Below are positions 10,633 through 23,606 of a stretch of DNA of 38,914 bases, in pieces (position 1 is the stretch's first letter; each line of letters opens with the position of its first letter). The translations under genes and the position numbers were made by a program. The notes under the pieces are model-generated. The model was not told the DNA's origin, ran no database searches, and was given only the letters and a program-made list of their open reading frames with translations. The DNA comes from Octopus bimaculoides (lineage: Eukaryota): NCBI RefSeq assembly GCF_001194135.2, contig NC_068987.1, positions 102,413,623-102,452,536 of the forward strand. Reading direction: 5' to 3'.

Positions 10633-13323
10633 TCATTAATATTACTGTTCTGCAGTTTGAATTTGTTGCTTTCGAATTTAATTGTTTGTAATATAATTAT
10701 CAATATTGTTAATAATAATTTTAATGTCGTTATTGTAAAATAATATTTCTTAGAGAAAATTCATACATTTCTTTCTTATTCATTTGTTGCTGTTGCTGTT
10801 GCTGCTGCTACTGCTGCTGTCGTTGTTTTTGTCGTTGTTGTTCCTTTTTCTTCTTCTTGTCTTTGTTGTCCATGTTCTTGTTCTTGTTGATGCCGTTATT
10901 GTCTCTTTCGTGTATTGACATTGTTCTTTGTCGTTGTTCAGCTGTCATTCTTATTTCTACTTTTTCTTTCTTGATATTGTTCTTCTCGTTGCATTTGTTT
11001 GTTGGTGTTGTCATTTTTGATAATTCTGTTGTTGTTTCTGTTACTGTTGATGATCATAATGTTGTTATTCAATTTAACGTGAACAATACATGCCATGTCT
11101 AGAATAACAAGTTCATTAGAATAATGTGAGTGTATGTTGAGAATGAAATGTTTTGAACGCAGAATAATGATATACAACTGATTTTCTTTTCTAAAAACTG
11201 CGAATGGAGAAGAAACTTAATTCACATATTTTCAAAATCTGTTTTATATCCTTTGCCTTAACGTTCTTCTATTTCATTAACACTTTTCCCTTAGTCTCTT
11301 CTCTCTCTCCCTCTATCTCTGCACACACGCACACACGCAACGCACGCAAACACACACACGCGTATACACACACACACACACGTATACACACACACATATC
11401 TATATGTCTGTATGTATTAATTTAGGAATATAAGGCAATTCTAATGCAGTAAATATTATCGGTCACACACAAATAGTTTGCATTTTCTTTTAACGCTGAA
11501 TATACTGCGGAATAGCGTCCGGCGAATGATTTCCAAACGACGCCGCGTGTTAAAATACACCTGAAGGTCACAGATCAGGAGAGACAGATTGCTCCAGTAT
11601 CACCGAGAATGGAACATAATGATACCGCGCCTTTATTGTGGCTCATCAGTACTATGCACTCGGATCAACGCGAAACGTAATGTATCTCTTTTCTATGGTT
11701 TTTATACAGATAGAGTATAGTCTTTTTGCTGATGCAATGTAGCATATCACATGTGAAATAAAATTACATTACGGATTAAAAGCGGCTTTAGTAATATAAA
11801 GATTATCAGTTGCACATACATAGTCGTATGTGTTTTGCTGCGGGATAGCGTCCGTGTAGATAGTGTTTAAGAATGGTATTATGAAATGGACACACAAATG
11901 AGCCTGGAAGTTAAAGGACTAATGAAAGCGATGTTCTCTTTGTCGTTGTTCAGCTGTCATTCTTATTTCTACTTTTTCTTTCTTGATATTGTTCTTCTCG
12001 TTGCATTTGTTTGTTGGTGTTGTCATTTTTGATAATTCTGTTGTTGTTTCTGTTACTGTTGATGTGCGGTGTTCTCAGTATAAGTGTCCAGCCAGAATTG
12101 CGGCTTCTTAAGACTTCGTAACATCCTTACATCTGTTTATAAACAAAGCATTCTTTTTATATCCACTTTCCACGTGCATTTGTTACCCCGTAGTTTCACT
12201 CAGCCTAGCTTTCCTTATTTTTATTTAATAACTGCAGTATGCTCGAAGAATTAAGAAGTTTGCTTCACAACGGTTAAGCTCAATGTTATGTTCCGCAAGG
12301 TGGAATCCATGACGAATATTTGGAAATCATTGAATGGATTGAATCAGCAATTCCAATGTCTAATATTCTCACCCACTGATGCAATATCACCCTCAGAATT
12401 ACGAGTAGATACACGTGTCTACGGAATACTCGTCCACTTCAGATGTTATTTCATTGAGTATATTTTCCTATTTGGTCGAACAACTATATACCCCTGATCA
12501 GGCTTAGCGGAGGATCTTTCCATGTATTTAGTTCTCTTTTATTAGTAGATCAATTGAGAAAAGTGTTCCACAGTTTTTTGCAGCAAACGCTCACCGATAA
12601 ATATGCATATACACATATATACAAGAACAGACACAAAAAACAATCATGCGCAAACATATACATATATGCAATTATGCTTATGTACATATAAATGTGTGTA
12701 AACACAGCTAGCTATTGTTCGAAGTCAGTTATATAATTATGTATCCCTGAGATTATTTACCAACTGAAAGATATACGTTTTTATTGAGCATACATAAACT
12801 TGCTTTAGTATGTAATTCTGAGGAATATGTATGATTATTATAAATGAATGTGCCAAAACAGCAACGACATCTACTTTAGAAGGTTCGAATTGATCTTTTA
12901 CTATTGTACTTCAGTGATGAATTTATAGCATTTAGTCCATATATATCGATTGCACATTCATGAGCCAAGTATTTATTATAATGTGGTAGCTATTCCTTTG
13001 CTTAAAGACACCTTTCCCTAATAGATAAAAAGTGCATTGCTGTAGCGATATTCTCTGAATGTATATGTTTCAGTTTCACGCTAAATTTAGCTAAATCGAT
13101 AGAACCTTTTCAGACAGACTTCCTACATGGATATTTAGTGAGAAGGTTTGCAATTTAAAGAAACCTTCAGAATATTTCCATTTTCTTTCACTTTAATATA
13201 CGGTGGGAAGGTAATATCTAAGATTGATAGATGTCAGTGAATAGGGAATAAGTATAAATAGCAAGCTTCATCTTCAAAATATAATTGTAGATTCAAATTC
13301 TTTCATTAGGTATATTTTGTCTA

Positions 13324-13390
<67 letters not shown>

Positions 13391-13394
13391 TGCA

Positions 13395-13685
13395 TGCCTC
13401 AGTGGTTAAGGTGTTACACGCACGATTCTAAGATCGTGGGTTCGATTCCCAGACTGTGCGTTGCGTTGTGTTCTTGAGCAAAGCACTAGATTTCACATTG
13501 CTCTGCGATCATTTCGGCATCTGATGTGTGGCACCCGTTGCACATCTACAGGTAATGTCAATTTGATGGAAAGAGTGAGCTTATGTGTACACAAATATTT
13601 GATCACTATAAACAAATCATCTGTGTGCTTGTTAGGTAAGAAATTGTCAAATCCTCGTACGTCGCCTATCGACGGGAGAGTCCAT
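13395..13685 (+). mobile_element. tRNA-derived SINE (distinct family) followed by an (ATT)n tail
   Basis: A-box cagtggttaag, B-box ggttcgattcc, CORE-like gtgttcttgagcaaagcact, (ATT)n run from ~13686. Confidence 0.7.
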
Positions 13686-13690
13686 TATCT

Positions 13691-13760
<70 letters not shown>

Positions 13761-14244
13761 GATAACTATTATTATTATTGTTGTTAGATAATAAATTGTA
13801 TGGTATACATCGGTAAAGTACGTTCAATTTCTCAGTGTCCGTAGGGTATTTCATTAATGAGAGAGACAGAATATGGAAGATACGAGAAAGTGTATTGAAC
13901 ACTACAACTGTTTCGACTCATCTTGCATCGATTCCTCACTGGTGTGATACTAAACATCTGGCTTAAGTGTATCCGGCGGTGTAGATGTATCTCCTCAGAT
14001 GAATACAAGATATATCTCGTTACAATAACGACTGTTCTGCAAGGTTTCTTCTCTGTATGTCTATACAAGTGCAGCAAACTAAGCGATGCGGCTTCATTAT
14101 CATAGAAGATCACGACTTGACTTACGCGCTTACGTAAGCTTTCTTGGTACCCATCTTTTACAGACTTTACGTAACGGAAGCTTGTCATTAATAATATTGT
14201 ATGCAGTACCTTTTATTCTTTTTTTATGACTAATTTTCAGGGAA

Positions 14245-14701
14245 CATGTCACCGCATAGATAACTTTTCATCGCTTCACCAGAATCTTCAATCGCGTCTG
14301 TTGAATCTTCCCGTTAGTGGTGGAGGCGGGTGGGCATCCTGCCCCTTCGTGCTTCATGTTTGTTTGGCCATTTATAATCTTCTCGATTCACTCATCTAAT
14401 CTTCAACACGGTAAATGCTGTTCCTATATTGTATTGGAAGCTGGAGATGAGTTTCAGTCACTGATACACCTTCACACCAGACAAACAAGGTCATAGATCT
14501 CTGTTCTTCCATGGTGCACACTGCCAGTGAGCGGCTATGTTTACTGTAACACAAGAAAAAATAAAGAACAGGAACGATCGATAATAAGCCTCGTTTAAGT
14601 AACCACAAGATTAGCACCTTTTAGTACGCGATCACTGGAGGCAGGGCAAGCCAACTAAGTTTTGGCGAAAGTGCGGATAATGTCCGACTTCCTCTCGAAT
14701 A
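14245..14701 (-). mobile_element. mariner (Tc1/mariner) 5' remnant with decayed transposase N-terminus
   Basis: Minus strand reads LAVCTMEEQRSMTLFVWCEGVSVTETH...DE*IEKIINGQTNMKHEGAGCPPASTT. This matches the mariner HTH region pattern (EQRSVIRFL.SEG...EIH...VYEW..KF..G...V.....GRP.TSTT). Contains frameshift and stop; TIR-like cgagaggaagtc near 14700. Confidence 0.8.
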
Positions 14702-14809
14702 TATATTTGCATAGCCTTGACTTCACTTACGCGGATAATCTAAGAAGGATTTTGAGTTGTCTGTTATATTTGCATATATACATCCTTGCATATGTGTGTG
14801 TGCATAGAC

Positions 14810-14844
<35 letters not shown>

Positions 14845-15502
14845 TACGTGTGAGTGTGTATGTGTGTGTGCTTGTGTGCGTGTATGCATGTGTGTTTATG
14901 TGTGTGCGCGCGCACACGCGTGTAATCAGTCAGTTTAATATTCGGAGAAAATATGTACTCAATACAAGTTTACCGTTCACTTAATCCTTTCCTGCTGATC
15001 AGATGATTATGCACTGCCACTTTCACTTTCACTTTTATATGCCTTGGTTAAGGCGGATATGGAGAAGCGCATCATCAATTACCAATGAATGCATGTGTAT
15101 GTGTGTGTTTCCATAACATTTGGATAGTAGGATGAAAAGGATTTTGGCTCCAAAGGTATGGGTGTAAAAGGCTTTCATATTTTTGTTGTATAGGACACGG
15201 AAACAAACGTATGTTTTGCTGATGTAACTGATCAGCGTTTACTGTGGAAGTTGCTGAAATAAAAGAAATATATGGGTAGAGAAGACTACTGCAAAATGAA
15301 AAGGTTGCAACAAAATGTCGGCATATTGGTTTACATTGATGGAGCAAGCTTTGCTGACAGGCTTTTGTCAGATTTCGTGTAAACAGATACTGCTGTGCAC
15401 GCTGTTATACAAAGTAACAGATTCTGGTGAAATACAGAAAAAAAAAGAAAAAAAAACAATAACGAAATGTCTTCAAATCTATATGATAATATTACATATT
15501 TA

Positions 15503-15580
<78 letters not shown>

Positions 15581-16221
15581 ATACCGGAAAAAACAGGCAT
15601 TAGCAAAAATGAAAAAAACGTGAAGGTAAAGAAATGAAATCATAAAGGAAAAAACCGAAAAGGTAGGAGTAAATCCAACAAATGCAACGACAAGAGTAAC
15701 ATTTAATAGATAGAATCTTATCAATAACAAATAATAAATTACGAAACACAGTTAAAAATAACGATAGGGTTTTCTGAATTCATATAATGTAAGCTACAAG
15801 AAATTGCTACATACGGGAATCTATTTGTATATTCATACTTTATTAAACGTTTCTAAATCAATGTGCCTATGAGCTTTATGTAGAAACTATCTGTTTGTCT
15901 GCCTATCTTACTCTATATGTGTTTGTATTTGTGTGCGAGCGCGTGTTTGTATGTATGAACGGAAACGTGAAATATAAATTTGCGATCGAATATAGTTTAT
16001 ATTTTTTTATAATTTTACACTCGTAATGTTCTTACAACTGAGTGAGTTCACGTAACTGTTGAAGACACCATTATTCAAAGTGCCAGACAAAATGGCTAGC
16101 AGCACTTCTTTCGGCTTTATAATCTGAGCTCAAAGAGGGCTGAGGTCGATTTAAAATACAGTACCATTCAAGCACTGAGTTCTGCGTAACCAGTTTCAGG
16201 CAGTGAGCATATACTTGAAAA

Positions 16222-16287
<66 letters not shown>

Positions 16288-16400
16288 TATTATAGTAAGC
16301 TGACGAAATGGACGAATCGTTATGTCGGTGAAACAAATAGTTTGCTGCATTCAATTCAACTCTGAGTTCAAGTTCTACAAAGGACAACTTTTCGTTTAAA

Positions 16401-16618
16401 GGTGGCGAACTGACAGAATCATTAGCACGCCGGACAAAAAACTTAGCCGCATTTCGCCCGTGTTTACGTTCTAAGTTCAAATTCCAGCGAGGTCGACTTT
16501 GCCTTTCATCTTTTCGGAGTCGATAAATTGAGTACCAGATGCTTACTAGAGTCGGTTTGATCAATTGTCCCCTACTCCCCAGATTTCAGGTCTTATGGGC
16601 TATAACAGAAAGGATTAT
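16401..16618 (+). mobile_element. SINE family A copy
   Basis: ggcgaactgacagaatcattagcacgccgg...gttcaaattcc...gtcgactttgcctttcatc. Confidence 0.8.
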
Positions 16619-16640
16619 TAGTATTGTTATTATTATTATT

Positions 16641-17146
16641 GAGTGAGAGAGCAGTGCATGCCATCAAAGTGACACTGGGGTAAAATATACGAAGCCCAAT
16701 ATACCCATCATGACTACCCGTCTGATAAGGGTACACCAGGCAGATGCATCACAACCATATGTGCGCGACATGGTGAGCTCATATCAAAATAAACAGCACA
16801 TGACCTCGCATGTGGGGGCCCAGTTAGAATTTTCTTCAGGTGGAGTAGCCCATCCCGCTCAAAAGGTCCCTGAATAAGCTTTGTTTAAGGATGTTGAGGA
16901 AAACACCCATGTTTCCAAAGGTGAATTATACAAACCCCAAAGAATTCCTCTCAACACATGGCTATGATGCTCCCCCACAACTTCTGTTCATGATCAATGA
17001 TGCACATATCGTCAGCCACCAAGGGACGTGCTCAACTGGTTAAGGTCAACAACTGACAGGCAAATCTGTGGTATTAAGCAGAATATTTGCTGTAACCCAT
17101 GTTTTTATACCAAGACAAAACAATGTACATGATAACACTTCTAATC
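16641..17146. repeat. ~500-bp interspersed repeat abutting an (ATT)n run; possibly a non-LTR 3' UTR on the minus strand
   Basis: A partial second copy lies at 31389-31496 (gagtgagagagca.tgc.tgccatcaaa...catcatgactacccgtctga). Class is inferred only. Confidence 0.6.
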
Positions 17147-17147
17147 T

Positions 17148-17201
<54 letters not shown>

Positions 17202-17233
17202 CAGCAGCAGCAGCTGTAGCAGCGCTGCTGCTG

Positions 17234-17330
<97 letters not shown>

Positions 17331-17331
<1 letters not shown>

Positions 17332-17477
17332 TCTCCTTTCTGCTATAGGCACAAGGCCTGAAATTTTGGGGGAAGGAGCTAGTCGATTACATCGACTAGC
17401 ATAAACGGTACGTATTTCATCAGTCCCGAAAGGATGAGGGGCAATGTCCACCTTGGCGGAATTTGAATTCAGAACGT
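17331..17477 (-). mobile_element. SINE family A copy, 5'-truncated
   Basis: Reverse complement reads acgttctgaattcaaattccgccaagg...aggccttgtgcctatagcagaaagg. Confidence 0.75.
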
Positions 17478-17879
17478 GCATCACATCATGGACATAGTGC
17501 AGAGAGTTGAAATCAGGGTTTCATTAAAGAGCGCAAGTATATTGATGGCCAAACAATTTTTTAAATAGTGCATCCCTCAAAGGAAAATTACAGCACAGAT
17601 GTTAGTGATTTAGTGATATAAATTCGGAAGCATCATCATTCAATGATGACGAACTTATAGATATTGATCGCGTTAGCTTGGAGGATATCGTTGGGAATCT
17701 AAGAACAAAAGATTTATCCTTTATCTGATGGTTGTTTTGCAGGGTTTTCAAACAGGTGGCAGACTGTCCCCCAGCTGTTAAAAATGGCATTTCACCGGTG
17801 GAACATTTAAGAGTTAACTGATTCTGGGGTGTCATCGTGAGTCCTGTTTGATCGTACGTTTGCGCATCTGTGTGTGTGT

Positions 17880-17966
<87 letters not shown>

Positions 17967-18474
17967 TATGTAGGTATATATGTATGTATGCAAGTATATA
18001 GAAGTTGTAATCGATGAACTTTCAAACATGTAAATAGGTCTGAATTTAAGCAGAAATTCACAAAGATATTTATTCAAATTAGATTGGATTCTGACCAGAG
18101 GCCTAATCATGTAACTGAATTATGTTAAAACAGTTGAAGTTCCCGAGGGAGATGGGCAGGAAAATGCTTACATCGATTAAACTGATCACATGATCCATTA
18201 GAGCAATGTTTAGATTTGATGGTGTGAAAGAAATTAAGACACATTGCTAAGTGGATTGCACATTATTGAGGATGATAACGAAAACCCATAGATCACACAA
18301 ACTGACATTTAGGCTTCAAGACAAGTGCATTTATTCGGTGGGTAAAAGACAAGAATATGTTAAGGGCAATCCAGTGTGAATCATTTTTCAAACGCATTCA
18401 AGTTACAGAAACACAAGAAAGTAAGGAGACATGGCTTGTGATAACTTCCTACAACGCCTAAGAGACAGACAGAA

Positions 18475-18566
18475 ATGATGACGACGACGACTACGATGAT
18501 GATGATGATGATGATGACGACGACGACAATGATGATGATGATGATGATGATGATGAAGATGATGAA

Positions 18567-18599
<33 letters not shown>

Positions 18600-18630
18600 G
18601 ATGATGATGAAGATGATGATGATGATGGTG
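18475..18630. repeat. (GAT)n microsatellite with GAC/GAA variants
   Basis: Direct inspection. Confidence 0.95.
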
Positions 18631-18733
18631 ATAGAGATTTTAATATCAATTGACTGAAGAGTGTGTTGCAGACGGATGACGTGAAACGAAATTGTAAAAG
18701 GAATTTGGATGACAGAAATAAGCTCGACGACCA

Positions 18734-18773
<40 letters not shown>

Positions 18774-19434
18774 ATGTGTGTGTGCGTGCGTGTGTGTGTG
18801 TGTGTGTGTGTATGTGTATAAGAAACAGATCTAAATTTTACGAGCAGACTGTTCTGTTGATCATATAAACAGGATCCATACCGTAAAGCTTTAAAAATCT
18901 CCTGTTTTCAGTATGAGCAGTGAAAGTTAAGATGAAATAATTGCTATTCCGTCGTGTAGTGTCTTCGCCCTCGACTGACGCTCAGATTGATAACAACAGC
19001 CTGCGCATCGGTGTTTACTTGTGGTCTTGGTTTCCAGATCTGTGAGACCCACAAACGCCACTGTTAGAAGCGGATTAACACCCATAATGACCCTAATGTC
19101 TATAAAGATTTCCCTGCCCTTTTATAGGATCTTTTTTCGTTTTCTCCCAACCACTTGAAGGTTTATCTCGCTCCAGGCCACTCCGCTGACCAAAATGAGT
19201 TGTAGCTGTAATTGAAAGGAGCCAGCCTTGTCATATTCGGTGTGAGGCTGACTCTTCCTGTGAGCTACTTTAATAGTATTCATGTCTGTGGAGTACTCAA
19301 CCACTTGCGAGTTAATTTTATCCTTGTGTATTATCGACTTTTCTTTTGATCTATGTATCTGCTGTCTCGCTCACTTTCTATCTTTTTCTCTCACATCTTC
19401 GGTGTCCCTCCTCTCTCCCGCTTTTAATTTAACA

Positions 19435-19482
<48 letters not shown>

Positions 19483-20214
19483 NNNNNNNNNNNNNNNNNN
19501 NNNNNNNNNNNNNNNNNNNNNNNNNNNNNNNNNNNNNNNNNNNNNNNNNNNNNNNNNNNNNNNNNNNNNNNNNNNNNNNNNNNNNNNNNNNNNNNNNNNN
19601 NNNNNNNNNNNNNNNNNNNNNNNNNNNNNNNNNNNNNNNNNNNNNNNNNNNNNNNNNNNNNNNNNNNNNNNNNNNNNNNNNNNNNNNNNNNNNNNNNNNN
19701 NNNNNNNNNNNNNNNNNNNNNNNNNNNNNNNNNNNNNNNNNNNNNNNNNNNNNNNNNNNNNNNNNNNNNNNNNNNNNNNNNNNNNNNNNNNNNNNNNNNN
19801 NNNNNNNNNNNNNNNNNNNNNNNNNNNNNNNNNNNNNNNNNNNNNNNNNNNNNNNNNNNNNNNNNNNNNNNNNNNNNNNNNNNNNNNNNNNNNNNNNNNN
19901 NNNNNNNNNNNNNNNNNNNNNNNNNNNNNNNNNNNNNNNNNNNNNNNNNNNNNNNNNNNNNNNNNNNNNNNNNNNNNNNNNNNNNNNNNNNNNNNNNNNN
20001 NNNNNNNNNNNNNNNNNNNNNNNNNNNNNNNNNNNNNNNNNNNNNNNNNNNNNNNNNNNNNNNNNNNNNNNNNNNNNNNNNNNNNNNNNNNNNNNNNNNN
20101 NNNNNNNNNNNNNNNNNNNNNNNNNNNNNNNNNNNNNNNNNNNNNNNNNNNNNNNNNNNNNNNNNNNNNNNNNNNNNNNNNNNNNNNNNNNNNNNNNNNN
20201 NNNNNNNNNNNNNN
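19483..20214. other. Largest assembly gap; others at ~4354, 23607, 24532, 29306, 30203, 32914
   Basis: N-runs, each abutting (AT)n, (GT)n or (CA)n on at least one side. Confidence 0.95.
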
Positions 20215-20360
20215 CTATTCAGCTTAATAGAGTTACTGCTGGGCGGTCATAAAAATGTTATTCCCTGTGACATATTTCATCCGGTTTAATCGTAATTTAT
20301 ACGCATATATTGTTTATATAATAAATTACGCTGTGCGTATCTATGTGTGTAACAATTTTA

Positions 20361-20692
20361 GAGTTCGGATTCTCGAGTTAGGGTTAGTTTTAGGGTTAAG
20401 GTTACGGTTACAGTTACGGTTAGCAGTCTAGTTAGGGTTAGGGTTAGGGTCAGGGGATTAATACGATATACACCGTTACAGCGCTAACTGTTTTCAACTG
20501 AATAGACGTCAGTGATTAGTAGAAATTATCGAAATAAGACAAATTTTTACATGAAATAAATTCGAATACAAAAATTTGTTTCTGTTCTATAACACAAAAT
20601 AGATAAGTATACGAAGTTTGAAAGTCTTTCGGTACCAAACACACTACATAAAACATTAATGAAAACTGGTGCCCCCGTTTTAAACTAGATCC
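20361..20692. repeat. Probable interspersed repeat carrying a degenerate (TTAGGG)n array
   Basis: TTAGGG units at 20378, 20390 and 20432-20449 with TTACGG/TTACAG variants. The flanking sequence resembles an octopus repeat from memory; unverified. Confidence 0.55.
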
Positions 20693-21299
20693 GTTTGGGG
20701 ATGTGCTAGAAACAACTCATGTCCCGTCACTGCTCCTGATTACACCCCACAATTTTTAAAATCTTAACTTGCTGTTCAAGTAAGGAACATTATTGATAAA
20801 ATGATGACGGTGCTAAGGATGAAACTTGGAAGTTATCCCGAGCATTATCCTTGAAAATATTAATGTCTGAATACGTGTGTTTATATATAAAGGAAAAAGA
20901 AACAAACGGTTATAGTTAGACAAGCAGTCAATTATATTTTGTTGTTTTTCTTATCTCTAATTGTTAGAATATACTCAAGACGTGTTGTACAGTGTTTTAT
21001 TTACTGTAATATTTGCTGCATATATAAAAACCGTGAATAAGTTTGTGCCATGCGCTCGCACTGACCCAAAGGAATTTGAATGCAGATATATTCAAATGAC
21101 TCCTCTTGCGAGAATGCAAACGAGTGACGTGTGATGTTTCCCTACATTATTTATAAGTTTCCCAAAGGTTGCCAAAACACAGTGAAGACACTTCTGTTCA
21201 AATATATAAATATACCTGTTTTTTTTCCGGAAACTGAAAGAAGCCCGTCGTTTATATGTATGCATATATATATATATATATGTATGTGTGTATGTCTTT

Positions 21300-21488
21300 G
21301 TGTGTCTGTGTTTGACCCTCCAACATCGCTTCACAACCGATGCTGGTGTGCTTACGTCCCCGTAATCTAGCGGTTCGGCAAAAGAGACCGATAAAATAAG
21401 TACTGGGCTGACAAAGAATAAGTCCGGGAGTCAATTTGCTCGACTAAAGGCGGTGCTCCAGCATGGCCACAGTCAAATGACTGACACG
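21300..21488 (+). mobile_element. SINE-like repeat family B (local label)
   Basis: caaccgatgctggtgtg...gcggttcggcaaaagagaccgata...ggcggtgctccagcatggccacagtcaaatgactga; six copies in the window. Confidence 0.8.
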
Positions 21489-21632
21489 AGGTGAGAGACA
21501 TTCATACACACAACTACAAACACACAGCCACGCTCTATTTTTCTCTCTTTATGCATATGCATGTATGTACACACACACACGCATGCACACACACATAACG
21601 CACACACACACACACACATACACACACACACA

Positions 21633-21707
<75 letters not shown>

Positions 21708-22143
21708 ATATATATGAAAAGAGATTAGAGATCTATACAAATCAATTTTTATGTATGAAAAAGATGGAGGGGAAAATGGCACAGAAGTAAGTCTTAGACA
21801 TTTCAGTTTAAGAAGGAATTTTAATAAAAGATTATATAAAGTAAAAATATTAATATTACCGGTTTTGATGTGTTTCATCTTGCCACATATTAGTAAAAAT
21901 TTATAAAACCTTGGAAAATTTGAAGTAAAAACAGTTTATCTTCTGTCTGGTGGTCAAGAACATGTGTGGAGATTTTTCTTTGAAGTCTTTTTTTCAAATA
22001 TAGTTTGATGTAGATTTCAAAGTGTTAGAGATTGAGAGAAGAAATGTCTATTGTCTAAAAGAAAACTTAGTGTGTAGCTGTCAAGGGAGTGGCTAACAAG
22101 GCATTTATTGAATGGGTATTATGCCCACATGTGTGTGTGCGTG

Positions 22144-22183
<40 letters not shown>

Positions 22184-22559
22184 GAATGTCCTTTCAATAT
22201 GTTTTGAAAAATGACCAGCTGTGAGTTAATGGGTATGTATACTGCAAAGAATTTCTCTTATTGAAAAAAGAATTAGGATTTTCCTTTTGGTTAGATGTAT
22301 TCTTTTGAGTCTCTCCACCTGTGTGTATGTGTGTGGTCACCAGCTATGTGCATGTGTCTTTGCGATGTTTTCTTTTTTGTGTATGTCTGTATATTTGTGT
22401 GTGTCTATATTTGTGATATCTTCTATTATATATGTGTGTGAGTGCATGTTTGTGTGTTTTTTGTGATGTTTTCTTTTTTGCGTATGTGTGTATGTTTGTG
22501 CCTGTGTGTGTTTGTCTGTGTGTGTGTTTGTATGTCTGTGCTAGCATATATGTGTATTG

Positions 22560-23490
22560 AAAAAAGTTTTAGGAGATGATGGGATTTATTTTTTTTTTAA
22601 TGATATGTATAAAATTGTTTAAAATTATTTTTCAGTGTCCGGTCGTATATATTGGATGTGGTTGGGTCTATATTTAATGGTGTTTTATACTTGTTGATAA
22701 ATTGTCTTTCTTTATTCTGACTTTGTTGTTGATTGAAGGAATCTGAGCACTTGTAGAGGGGAAAGATTTTGAAATTAGTTAAGACCATTCCTGCGCAGGT
22801 TGCAATGTGGCTGCTTAAAGGAATTTTCCTTGTGCTTTTCACTCGGAATTGTTGGCGATGAGTCGTCATTCAGTTGCATAACGATCCACCCGTGTGACGT
22901 ATGTAATTATGTTTGCAGCCATAGCATGTGATTACGTAGATCAGGCTTTCCGTGTTTCAGGTTAGATTGCACTTGAATTTGAAGGTTTGATCATCTTTGG
23001 ATTTAAATTCTGGTCCCTCAATTAGGTAAAGGCAAGTGCCGCAGTTTGTTCTCCCGCATTTTGTAACTGTTGGATTAAAGGTTTCTTTGTGTGATTTTAC
23101 TCCAATAAGAATGAGTTTTAGTGTTTTGGGCTGCCTTTCGCTTTTGATAATTTATTGTTTTTCTAAGGTTTTTCACATTTTCTCATCTGCAAATAAGATG
23201 GATAGGTTTTTCTGGAGGTGATCAAATATTTCGGTGTTCCTGGGATTGAAAATTTACACGAATGGTAAAACATTTTTTCTCAATTTTGTTTTTTGTTTTC
23301 CTAAGTTTATTGATATCCATTTGTTTCACCTTGCTTATTTCGTTGGTGAATATGACAGGTGGGGAAGGCTCTTTGGATAAGTGTGCCCTTCAGTTCCTCT
23401 AGTATCAGTTCATGTTTGGATGGTTCTGATACTATAGTACAAATTCGTTTTGCAAGGTTAAAGGGAATTTTAAGTTTGGTGAGTTATCTA
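22560..23490 (-). mobile_element. Penelope-like retroelement remnant (RT C-terminus and GIY-YIG endonuclease)
   Basis: Minus strand: KIPFNLAKRICTIV; KCGRTNCGTC; LIYVITCYGCKHNYI; HRQQ..VKSTRKIPLSSHI..C; KERQFINKYKTPLN. Frameshifts and stops present. Confidence 0.85.
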
Positions 23491-23561
23491 TATATGTATA
23501 TTTGGATGTATTCTTTTATTTCTTTATTCCTTTCCTAAATATACCTATATATCTATATACT

Positions 23562-23606
<45 letters not shown>

